A stretch of DNA of 64,000 bases from Acidobacteriota bacterium. GTDB lineage: Bacteria; Acidobacteriota; CAIWXX01. Of the stretch, positions 49,647 to 58,492 are shown in pieces. The first letter of the stretch is position 1, and the number at the start of each line of letters is the position of its first letter. A program made the translations under genes and the position numbers. The notes under the pieces were generated by a model that did not search any database, was not told where the DNA came from, and was given only the letters and a program-made list of their open reading frames with translations. Location of the stretch: NCBI GenBank assembly GCA_040755995.1, contig JBFMAF010000035.1, positions 32,001 to 96,000 on the forward strand, written 5' to 3'.

Positions 49647-50189
49647 CTACCGGTGTTTGTTGAGCTGCTCCTGCAATAGTGCCAGGTCCTGGGGATTCGC
49701 TCCGTTCTGGAGCAGGAATTGAACCACATCGTTCTTCGCCGTCACGGCCGCGGCCATGACTGCGGTCAGCTGCTGGGGGGTGTGCGCGGTGACATCGGCG
49801 CCCTTCGAAAGGAGCGATCTCACAATCTCGAGATTCCCCGCCTGCGCCCAGAACATCAGGACGGTCCAGCCATCGCGTTTCCGAGCATTGACGTCCGCAT
49901 TTGCTGCGAGAAGCAGTCTCGCCACGTTCGAGTTGTTCTTGCGTGCCGCAATCATCAGAGCGCTGACGCCGTCCTTGTCCTGCTCATTCACATCGGCCCT
50001 TCTGCCGATCAACTCCGCAACCAGTTGTTCGGCATCAAGGGCCACGGCGGCCATCAATGCGGTGCCATGATCGCGATCGCGGTGATTGACATCCCCGCCG
50101 GCGTTGATGAACTGGCGGATGTCCCTCTCATTCATTCGTGCCCAGTCGCGCGGTTCGAGATCCTTGCCTTTGGAACTGAACAACCCCAT
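49647..50189 (-). CDS. Ankyrin repeat protein
   Basis: 4-5 Ank repeats (GTALMAA, GVSALMIA, GWTVLMF); SD AAGGAGG; starts MGLFSSK. Confidence 0.9.
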   Translation of the reverse strand: MGLFSSKGKDLEPRDWARMNERDIRQFINAGGDVNHRDRDHGTALMAAVALDAEQLVAELIGRRADVNEQDKDGVSALMIAARKNNSNVARLLLAANADVNARKRDGWTVLMFWAQAGNLEIVRSLLSKGADVTAHTPQQLTAVMAAAVTAKNDVVQFLLQNGANPQDLALLQEQLNKHR

Positions 50190-50346
50190 ACACTCCCTCC
50201 TTTGAGAAGAAGAATCCTGTGTGCCGGATCGGCGTAGGAGAATAACCAAGTCCGCCAGTGGAAAGCAGGCGAAGCCCACACCGTCTGTCATTTGAGGGGC
50301 CACGCGGAAGCGCTCGCAATTCCCCAGATGTCGTCATTGGGCCGCC

Positions 50347-52014
50347 CTATGCTGCGCGATCCGTCTTGGCTCCGGAGCGCCGAGTGAAGACTCGCACCAA
50401 CTGACCCGACAGGCTCAGAAGAAATATGCCAAGGACGATCACGGCGCCCCAACGGACCATCGAGGCCAGCTGGGACCACGGGATCTGCGCTGACCAATGG
50501 AACCATGTCTGATAGCAGAGAAATGCCAGGATGGCGGTGAAACCCGAGAAGAACCCGAGACATCCCCATTCCACATGACCACAATTCCTGCAGACGGCGC
50601 CAGGGTCTGTCATGATGCTCTGGCAACGTGGGCAGGCACGGTCTTTCGACTCTGATCGGGGTTCCGGACCGTGGCGCTTCTCCAGCGCACGGCTTGCAGC
50701 GTCTGCACGGCGCGCGTCGGTTGTGGACACGCCCATTGAGCCGGCGGCCTTCTTCATCAGGGAGTCCATGACGCGCAACTGCTCGTCCGCGCGCGGATGA
50801 CCAAGATCCTTGGCGCGTTGGAAACACCTTCGAGCCTCGTCATGGCGCTCGAAGCTGTCCATCATCAGGTTGAGCACCACCCCTTTGTTGTACAGGCTCT
50901 TGCTGTCCGCCGGTTGAATCTGGAGCGCCTTGTCGTAACACTGCAGAGCTTCCGCAAGTCGGCCGGTCACGCGCAGCTCCTCGCCTTTGTTGTTCCAGGT
51001 TTGCCACAATGAACCATCGAGCCTGAGTGCCCGGTCGTAGGCTTCGATTGCCCCCTCGGTCCGATGTAGCGCGGACCTGGCGAGTCCGATGTTGTGCCAC
51101 AACTTCGCGTCACTGGAATCGAGCTTGGCCGCGGTTTCGAAGCAGGTGAGGGCCTGCTCCAACTCGCCGTTCGCGCTGTGTTCCATGCCCTTGGAGAGCA
51201 GCGCGGCCCTTCCCATGTCGGCCGTTCGACTGCCGGTTTCGGCGGAGAGCATCTCTGCCACCCCCGTATGGCCGCGTGCCCGGGCGTACATGAGTGGGGT
51301 CGAACCGTCCCGGTTGCTCACTCCGGGATCGGCGCCTCGCGCCACCAACTGCGCGGCCACATCCAGGCAACCGTTCTGAGCTGCGAAGTGAAGAGCCGTC
51401 ATTCCATTGACAGGGTTGGCCTCGTTCACGTCGGCCCCCGCGTTGAGGAGGAGTTCCACGATCTGGGAGAAGCCTCGGTCCGCGGCCAGGCCTAGTGGTG
51501 TCGAACCCCACCTGTTGGGCGTGGCAAGGTCGGCGTTCTCTGCGAGAAGAAGCCGTACAGATTCCGTATGGCCCTCCTCCACAGCATACAGAATGGCCGA
51601 CGAGCCGTCGATGTTCCGGGCGTCGATGTCCACGCCCTGGCCCAGCAGCGCACGAACGATACCGGTTTGGTTCTTCCGCGCGGCCATCATGAGCGCCGTC
51701 CACCCGTTGGAATCCCCGACGTCCGCAAGGGCTCCCGCGCTGAGAAGCATCTTGACAACGTCCTCGTGGCCAGTGTCCGCTGCCAACATGAGCGCCGTGG
51801 TGCCTGTGAGCGAACGCGCGCCGGCCTGGGCGCCTGCACTCAGCAAGAGAGCCACGGTCTCCTTCTTCCCGTGCCAGGCCGCGATCATGAGCGGCGTAAA
51901 GCCCTTCGGGTCTCGACCATTGATGTCGGCGCCTTGGGCCAGCAGGCGATTGACCGCCTCAGGTCCCTGGCTCAGGATCGCCAGTACGACGTCAGCATTC
52001 GACGGGGAATTCAT
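50347..52014 (-). CDS. Ankyrin + TPR + zinc-ribbon + C-terminal TM protein
   Basis: About 7 Ank repeats, about 4 TPRs (LWHNIG, TWNNKG, SLYNKG), CPRC..CRNC, two TM helices. Confidence 0.9.
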   Translation of the reverse strand: MNSPSNADVVLAILSQGPEAVNRLLAQGADINGRDPKGFTPLMIAAWHGKKETVALLLSAGAQAGARSLTGTTALMLAADTGHEDVVKMLLSAGALADVGDSNGWTALMMAARKNQTGIVRALLGQGVDIDARNIDGSSAILYAVEEGHTESVRLLLAENADLATPNRWGSTPLGLAADRGFSQIVELLLNAGADVNEANPVNGMTALHFAAQNGCLDVAAQLVARGADPGVSNRDGSTPLMYARARGHTGVAEMLSAETGSRTADMGRAALLSKGMEHSANGELEQALTCFETAAKLDSSDAKLWHNIGLARSALHRTEGAIEAYDRALRLDGSLWQTWNNKGEELRVTGRLAEALQCYDKALQIQPADSKSLYNKGVVLNLMMDSFERHDEARRCFQRAKDLGHPRADEQLRVMDSLMKKAAGSMGVSTTDARRADAASRALEKRHGPEPRSESKDRACPRCQSIMTDPGAVCRNCGHVEWGCLGFFSGFTAILAFLCYQTWFHWSAQIPWSQLASMVRWGAVIVLGIFLLSLSGQLVRVFTRRSGAKTDRAA

Positions 52015-52015
52015 C

Positions 52016-55000
52016 TCAGGTCCTCCTCGCTCCGAGCTCAATCAAAATATCAGCGACCTGACGGCGATCGGGATGCTTTTCCAGTGCCATGGCCAACGCA
52101 GTGTCACCGTCATCGTCGCACGCGTTGACGTCTGCGCCTCTCTTGACGAGGTCCATCATCAGCTTGAAATACCCGTGCCAGACCGCTCCCATCAGGGGAG
52201 TGCGCCCGAACCTGTCCCGCAGGTTGACCTCGTTCACGGCGTAGAGGATGTCACGTAATTCACGCTCGTTGCACTGGGTCCAATCCAGTTCGTTCGGGCG
52301 AGCCAGATCCAATCCCGGTCCTGGTCTCGAAGGGTGATACGCAATGCCCTGGACAACGCCGGCTGCGTGATCAAGCAGCGGCTTCAGCCCGTAGTCCTCT
52401 CCAATACCAATGGCTTGATTGGCTAGCTGGAGCGCCTGGTTGGTCTGGTTGGCCCTCACGGCGAGCGTGGCCTCACAGAGTAGCGCGTGAACCTTCTCCC
52501 CCGGCTCGTTCAGGGCGCCGGCAAGCCGCGCATGCTCCTCAAAGCGTCGATGCGCTTCGTGAAGGTAGCCCAGCGCCGCAAGAAGCACCGCCTGGTTGCG
52601 CAAGCATCCGAGAAGATCCCGGTCCAGACCCCGGCCGCGGCAGAGGGGCTCCTCCTCGCGCAGCAACCCCAAGGCCTCCTGATTGCGGTTCAGCGAGGCC
52701 AGAGTCGCGGCTCGCCCTCCCAGCGCCGCGACCAACCCAATAGCGTTGCCTGTCTGTCTCGAATGGCCCTCCGCTCGCTCGTAGGATGCCAGTGCCCCTT
52801 CGTAGTCGCCTCTCGCCGCTTGTGCCTGTGCGACTCCGCAGAGCGCCACAGCCTGCATCAACTCCGAGCCTGGCCTGTTGTGCCACCGCTCGACGTTGTG
52901 CTCCCATAGCTGAAACGCCGCTTCCGCGTCACCGCGAGCCCGGAAAAAGCAGGCGAGGTTCCAGACGAGCTCGTCCTCGTGGTCTCCGGGCCGCGCCACG
53001 ACGGGAGAATACGCGGCCACACAGGTCCCGGCGCCGGTTGCCTCGATCTGAGTCCAGTATCTCCACACGTCGGACTTCCGCGTCTGGAATGCAGCAGCGA
53101 AGAACCCGAGGTCGGACAGCAGGGCGAACAGGGCGGGCCACTGGCATGATTCTGCCAGGAGCCATGGCAGCTCAGAACACTTCCGATAGTTGGGCCTCTT
53201 GGCAGCCGTCCCATCGACCACATGATGCGGCTGCGATCGGAAGTACTCGACGAGGTGTGCATGCCGGCCGGCAAGCTCGCCCTGCCGTTCCAGGCGATCA
53301 ACGATCCCCTTGCGAATGGCCGCGTGATAGAAATTCAGTACGCTCGTGGCATCCGCCCGACGCTCGGCGAGGTGGGGCTCTACGTCGGCATGCAATCGCG
53401 ACCATACCACTACAGGAAGCCGAGTTACGAGGGGCGAGCGGGGGGAGCGGCGGCGAAAATCTCCCAGCACCTCAGGATCCGCTGAGAGGACATCCAGCAG
53501 TTCTTCTTCCGTCAATCCGTGGCGGCTCGCCGCCAGCAGACCCAGTGCCCGAAGTGTCAACACCCGCCCATGTTGTCGCTCGTCCTCGAGTCGGGTCAGC
53601 AGTTGTTCCACCAGTCCAGGCACGTCCGAACCGAGCGCGCCAAGGGGATCGTAGGACTTCCAGCGCCGGGCTTCCCCGAAGGCGAGACGCAGATACAGCG
53701 GGAGGCCGGCGACGGCCGATTTCCCCAGTACCTCGCTGCGTTGATCGGGCCGCAGGCTTCGGCCGGCCGCCAGGAGCCACTCGTCGAGCAGCGCCTCTCT
53801 CTCGACCACGTCAAGAGCGTCGACTCTGGCCAGGTTATCGGCGCCTGCAATGCGACTCGCCGTCCGGTAGCATTCGCCTTCAGGGCCGTCGGACTCGATT
53901 CCGGACACGATCAGCTTCACGTTGGGTGGCAGCTCGTGTGGCAACCATGTGAGGTCGCGTGCCCCGTCCGTGGGACTGAGTTGATCGAGTGCATCGAGCA
54001 GCAGGATGAGGGGTCGTTCGGCTGTCGCTAATCTCAAGCGGCTGGAGAACTCCTGGGCCAATTCACGAAAACCGCTGGGCACCGGCCATTCGTTTCCGTA
54101 CTTCTCTCCCAATTCGCTGCATAGCGACTCCAGCAGGGAGGCGCCGTCCGAGGATGCGGGTGTCGCACCGATGAAACGCGCAATAATCGTCGCGGTTGCT
54201 GCCTGATGCGCGACCGTCTCCAGCACCCTCCCCATGAGCGCCGTCTTGCCCGAACCGGAGACTCCGTGGATCAAGAAGGGACAGTTCCGGTCGCCTCCGA
54301 TGTAAGTGTCGATCTTCTCAAGCTGTGCCATCCGGCCCTTGAAGTGCTCGGCGCGCTGCAAACCGAGGTCCCAGTGAGCTCGTATCTCGCGGTCCAGCTC
54401 CCTGCCCCTCTCGAACTCATCTATCTCCCGCTCTATGATCGAGATGAGATCACGCTCCACGCGCGCACAGAGAGTCGAGATCTCTTCATTTGAGATCACA
54501 GGCCAGTTGGTCGTGTACTCATACACATGATCATGTGCGAGCAGACCTGGTTGGCTATCATCCCCCTTCAGGGAGTGCTTGAGAGCACGGAGGCACTCCT
54601 CTGCCTCGAGATCGCGTGCCCCGTTGATCAGGTCGCGGTAGTCCCTGGCGGAGTGGTCTGTGGGCAGACCTGTGATCGTCCGGAAGTAACCAAACACCTG
54701 CCGCTGAGCCCCTGGCTCCTCGAGAGCGCTGCGAATCTCTTGATGACTTGCCGAGTCCTGGTATTTGTCGAGACGTCGATCGCCAGTGTCGAATAGCTGC
54801 TTCGCCGCCGCCAGTAACAGCGAGTGCAGACTTGGTTCCACCGCCTTCCACTGGTCTTCGGCATCATTGTTCGCCTCTCTCGGCAAGAGGTCGTATCTGG
54901 CCGGGACCGCGTTGTCGTCGCGTCTGTACCAGCTGTGGACGACTACACCGGCCGGAACCGCGCTGTCGTCGCGTACATCGCGCCCGGTCGTCTTTTCGCG

Positions 55001-55381
55001 ATGTCTATACCAGCTGGGCAGGAGATTATGGTGTGGGATGCGCCGCAAGAGCGCCTCGAATTCGATCGCCTCGATCTGCGCCGGCAGCGGCCTCCAACCA
55101 TATCGTTCACCAAGCAGCACAATGAAATTCGGACGAGGGGAAAGTCTCTGACAACGCCTCAGCTCCTGGAGGCAGATATTCATCGTCTGCTGGTCGAGCG
55201 CGGCCTCCTCGCTCACGCCCCAGCGAAGGTCGACCGCGTGGAACCGAGCGCCGCGGTCACGGCAATAGGTGCGTAGGTGGGTGAATGTGTTCTCCTGCAG
55301 TGCATTTCGTTCTGCGACCATGTCGCTGAACGTGGAGCTCACAAAGACCCGAAAAATCAGATCCCGTCGCGTCATTGTCAT
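52016..55381 (-). CDS. DUF4062-NACHT/STAND-TPR-ankyrin NLR-like protein
   Basis: RVFVSSTFSDM..VDLRWG..LLGERYGW; GVSGSGKT; LLLDALDQL; GLPLYL; TPR-like helices; C-terminal Ank repeats. Confidence 0.88.
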   Translation of the reverse strand: MTMTRRDLIFRVFVSSTFSDMVAERNALQENTFTHLRTYCRDRGARFHAVDLRWGVSEEAALDQQTMNICLQELRRCQRLSPRPNFIVLLGERYGWRPLPAQIEAIEFEALLRRIPHHNLLPSWYRHREKTTGRDVRDDSAVPAGVVVHSWYRRDDNAVPARYDLLPREANNDAEDQWKAVEPSLHSLLLAAAKQLFDTGDRRLDKYQDSASHQEIRSALEEPGAQRQVFGYFRTITGLPTDHSARDYRDLINGARDLEAEECLRALKHSLKGDDSQPGLLAHDHVYEYTTNWPVISNEEISTLCARVERDLISIIEREIDEFERGRELDREIRAHWDLGLQRAEHFKGRMAQLEKIDTYIGGDRNCPFLIHGVSGSGKTALMGRVLETVAHQAATATIIARFIGATPASSDGASLLESLCSELGEKYGNEWPVPSGFRELAQEFSSRLRLATAERPLILLLDALDQLSPTDGARDLTWLPHELPPNVKLIVSGIESDGPEGECYRTASRIAGADNLARVDALDVVEREALLDEWLLAAGRSLRPDQRSEVLGKSAVAGLPLYLRLAFGEARRWKSYDPLGALGSDVPGLVEQLLTRLEDERQHGRVLTLRALGLLAASRHGLTEEELLDVLSADPEVLGDFRRRSPRSPLVTRLPVVVWSRLHADVEPHLAERRADATSVLNFYHAAIRKGIVDRLERQGELAGRHAHLVEYFRSQPHHVVDGTAAKRPNYRKCSELPWLLAESCQWPALFALLSDLGFFAAAFQTRKSDVWRYWTQIEATGAGTCVAAYSPVVARPGDHEDELVWNLACFFRARGDAEAAFQLWEHNVERWHNRPGSELMQAVALCGVAQAQAARGDYEGALASYERAEGHSRQTGNAIGLVAALGGRAATLASLNRNQEALGLLREEEPLCRGRGLDRDLLGCLRNQAVLLAALGYLHEAHRRFEEHARLAGALNEPGEKVHALLCEATLAVRANQTNQALQLANQAIGIGEDYGLKPLLDHAAGVVQGIAYHPSRPGPGLDLARPNELDWTQCNERELRDILYAVNEVNLRDRFGRTPLMGAVWHGYFKLMMDLVKRGADVNACDDDGDTALAMALEKHPDRRQVADILIELGARRT

Positions 55382-55611
55382 GGATCGTGTCCTGGCGCAG
55401 CGGGGCGAATAGGTTGTTGCTCCCAACCTGAGATCACAGGGAGCGCCCGATCACCACTTGGCCGGTCTGGAAGGCAACGATATGGCGTGCATCCGGAGCG
55501 CTCCGGTTCGCGGCCGGAGGCGATGCCCACTTGCATTGCAGCCATAATGATCGTCGAGTCATGTTGTGTCAAGTCAGGTAAGACCGCGACCGGGCGCTTC
55601 GGGTCTGTCAT
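55378..55611 (-). CDS. Possible small protein or remnant upstream of the NLR-like gene
   Basis: SD GAGGGA, 77 aa, ATGA overlap with the NACHT start; no motif. Confidence 0.3.
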   Translation of the reverse strand: MTDPKRPVAVLPDLTQHDSTIIMAAMQVGIASGREPERSGCTPYRCLPDRPSGDRALPVISGWEQQPIRPAAPGHDP

Positions 55612-55711
55612 GTATCCCTCGCCGTGCGTCGTGCGTCGAACGCGGGATCGCCTTGATCGGATGCGTGGCGCCCCGGCCGGGTTCCGGCGGAGCGCCACGC
55701 TCGCTCACCTC

Positions 55712-58081
55712 CTACTTCACGACGAACGGTACAGTGTTGCTCTTCGTTCCGTCGACCACCGCATACACGCTGACCGTTCCTTTCTTGAGCTTCTTCGGGA
55801 TGCTCACCTTCAGCCGGCTCGGGGACGCCGAGTTCACGGTCCCCTTCGACTTGCCGAAGTACACGATGTTCTTGGTCTTGTCCGGACTGAAGCCGCTGCC
55901 GTAGATCGTGGCGGCACTCCCCGGCTTACTGGTTCTGGACTTGATCCGCGTGATGACCGGCCCACCAGATGCGCCGACCGTGATGGTCGCCGTCGTGCTG
56001 TTTGCCGCCCCGCATGGGTTGGCCACCTGCACCCAGAAGCTGCTGGTTGAAGTCAAGGGCGGGGTGACAAAGACATTGGAATTCGTCCCGACAGCATCGC
56101 TGGTGTCGCCCGTGGTGCCTTGATACCACTGGTAGAACAACGGTGCCGTGCCATTGGCCACCACGCTGAGGGTCACGCTTTGTCCGCTGGTCACGGTGGT
56201 GCTCTGTGGCTGCAGTGCGATCGAGGGCGGGACGCAGCCGGAGCTCACGGTGACGGTCGCCGTGAAACTGTTCACGGAGCCGCACGCGTTGCTCACGCGC
56301 ACCCAGTAGCTCGCGTTGGCGGAAAGCGGCGGTGTAGTGTGCGTGCTCGAGTTCGCCCCGACCGGGAAGCTCGTATCACCGCTCGCACCCTGGTACCACT
56401 GGTAGTTCAACGGGGTAGTCCCCGTGGCCGCCACGGCGAGAGCCGCCGATTGTCCTATGCCAACAGTGGTGTTCTGCGGTTGAACCGTTATCGAGGGTGG
56501 CACGCACCCAGAGGTCACCGTGATGGTGGCCGTGTTGCTGTTGGCAGACCCGCACGCATTGCTCACACGCACCCAGTAATTGGTGGTTGCGGTCAGTGGC
56601 GGCGTGACATACGTGCTGGAATTCGTGCCTACGGGTGTGCTCGTGTCGCCGGTGAGCCCACGGTACCACTGGTAGTTGAGCGGTGCCGTGCCGTCGGCCG
56701 ACACGCTCAGCGTGGCGGACTGGCCGTTGGAGATGGTCTGGCTGGATGGATGCGATGTGATCGACGCCGGATTGCACGCCGGCGCCTTCTTCAGGATCGT
56801 GCCGCCGGTGCCCGATGCATAGCCGAGATCCGGGGTGATCATGCAGATTCCCCAAAGGTTGGTGGTAACGCCGCTCGCCTCAGGCGTCCACGTGGCCCCA
56901 CCGTCAGTCGTCGACAGGATGAGCCCGCCGTCTCCGACCGCCCAGCCCTGGTACGCGTTGAGGAAATGCACGTTGTTGAGATCGGTCGATGTTCCGCTGG
57001 TCTGAGGCACCCAGGTGGCTCCGCCATCGACCGTATGGAGTATGGTTCCGCCGTCGCCCACGATCCAGCCCGTCATGAGGTCGAGCATCCTGATCGATTT
57101 CAGCCACTGCGTCGTCCCGCTGGACTGAGCGATGATCGTCGGCCAGCTGGGATACTGCGCTGAGCCGTTCGAAATGCGATGGATCGTGCCGCTGGAGCCG
57201 ACGGTCCACCCGTTGTCCTGATCGACGAAGTAGATGTCATAGGGTGTGGGTCCTGGGCAAGTCCTCATCGCCAAGGTGGACAGCCCGCCGCCAAGAGGCA
57301 TCGTATATCGGCCGAGGTTGCGGCAACCTGTGCCGCTCTCATACCTGGCTCCCCATGCCACTGTGGAGGAGACGGGGAAGAGGCGGTATGACGCGGGCGG
57401 GGATGAACCTCCGTCGGTTGTGACCGTCCAGCTGGCCCCGCGGTTGGTCGTGCGGATCCACGAGTACGGTGCGCCTGCCCATCCCGTGTTCTGGTCGAGG
57501 AAGCGCACGGAGTAGTAGCCCTGCGAGGACGAGACCCCGGGCACGACGACCGGCGGCCAGCTCGCGCCTCCGTTGCTGGTGTGCAACAGGACCGCAGAAC
57601 TCCCCGCTGCCCACCCTTCGTCAGGGCTCGTGAAGTGGACATCCCACACGGTCTGCGACGTACCGCTGTTGAGAGGCTGCCACACTGAAGCCTGAGACTC
57701 CGATGTGATCAGGACTGGACCGGAGCTCACACAGGTCGTGGCCCCCGCGCGGACCGTCAGCGACCAGGTGTACAGCCCGTCGGCAGGATATGCGTGAACC
57801 GGGTTTCGGTCCGTCGACATAGTGCCGTCGCCGAAATCCCAGAAGTACTCGATCCCGTCCTTGTCGTAGCTTTCGTCTACCGCGACCTTGAATACCACGG
57901 CTCGCTCGCGTCGAGCATCAGTCTGAACCTTGGCCGACTGTGCGGTGAGCAGACCGCACTCGCTGTTCCTGGCCGCAAGCTCGTCTTTGGCCACGGCGGC
58001 CGGCGCCCCCGCCGACCCCAACGAACCGAATGAGCACATGAAGAGTACCAAGAGAACTGGGAACCATTTGTGGTTGTTCAT
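55712..58081 (-). CDS. Secreted surface protein: PKD + YCF48-like beta-propeller + 3 Ig-like repeats + basic IPT/TIG domain
   Basis: Signal peptide, YFWDFGDG, repeated GWxVGxGGxILxTxDGGxTW, three PSI..QP..LNYQWY..YWVRVSNACG units; SD AAGGAG. Confidence 0.88.
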   Translation of the reverse strand: MNNHKWFPVLLVLFMCSFGSLGSAGAPAAVAKDELAARNSECGLLTAQSAKVQTDARRERAVVFKVAVDESYDKDGIEYFWDFGDGTMSTDRNPVHAYPADGLYTWSLTVRAGATTCVSSGPVLITSESQASVWQPLNSGTSQTVWDVHFTSPDEGWAAGSSAVLLHTSNGGASWPPVVVPGVSSSQGYYSVRFLDQNTGWAGAPYSWIRTTNRGASWTVTTDGGSSPPASYRLFPVSSTVAWGARYESGTGCRNLGRYTMPLGGGLSTLAMRTCPGPTPYDIYFVDQDNGWTVGSSGTIHRISNGSAQYPSWPTIIAQSSGTTQWLKSIRMLDLMTGWIVGDGGTILHTVDGGATWVPQTSGTSTDLNNVHFLNAYQGWAVGDGGLILSTTDGGATWTPEASGVTTNLWGICMITPDLGYASGTGGTILKKAPACNPASITSHPSSQTISNGQSATLSVSADGTAPLNYQWYRGLTGDTSTPVGTNSSTYVTPPLTATTNYWVRVSNACGSANSNTATITVTSGCVPPSITVQPQNTTVGIGQSAALAVAATGTTPLNYQWYQGASGDTSFPVGANSSTHTTPPLSANASYWVRVSNACGSVNSFTATVTVSSGCVPPSIALQPQSTTVTSGQSVTLSVVANGTAPLFYQWYQGTTGDTSDAVGTNSNVFVTPPLTSTSSFWVQVANPCGAANSTTATITVGASGGPVITRIKSRTSKPGSAATIYGSGFSPDKTKNIVYFGKSKGTVNSASPSRLKVSIPKKLKKGTVSVYAVVDGTKSNTVPFVVK

Positions 58082-58111
58082 TTCGTTACTCCTTTCGCTA
58101 CGGCCGGAGCG

Positions 58112-58127
58112 TGCAAGCGCCGTGCCA
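58112..58127 (-). promoter_or_regulatory. sigma-54 promoter of the surface-protein gene
   Basis: Minus strand TGGCACGGCGCTTGCA, a perfect TGGCACG-N4-TTGCW match 31 bp upstream of the ATG. Confidence 0.85.
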
Positions 58128-58492
58128 ATAGAGCGTGGCCTCTCGGGCCAGCCGAACCGCTTGATTTCGCTCTTCTGCGATGACGTGGGCGGGTCGAGTC
58201 AGAGCTAACTCAACCTCGTCGTGACTTGAGATGGACTATAACTCAACTACTCTCATCGCAACGCGGGATGACTTCCGGTCCGCAGAAGACCGAGGCCGGA
58301 GCGTGCTCTAGTAGGGGCGAACTCGACCTGACGTCCATCCTGAGAGTCATGAGCGCATCCCGTTTCGATGGCGATCATCATTGATGCGCGTACCGAACGC
58401 TTGTATCATCTCGCAAATAATGAGGGCGATTCAGGGCGGCACTCGAGTCTGGCCTACCGAACCAACTGGTGGAAGCGAAGGGGATTGGGGGA

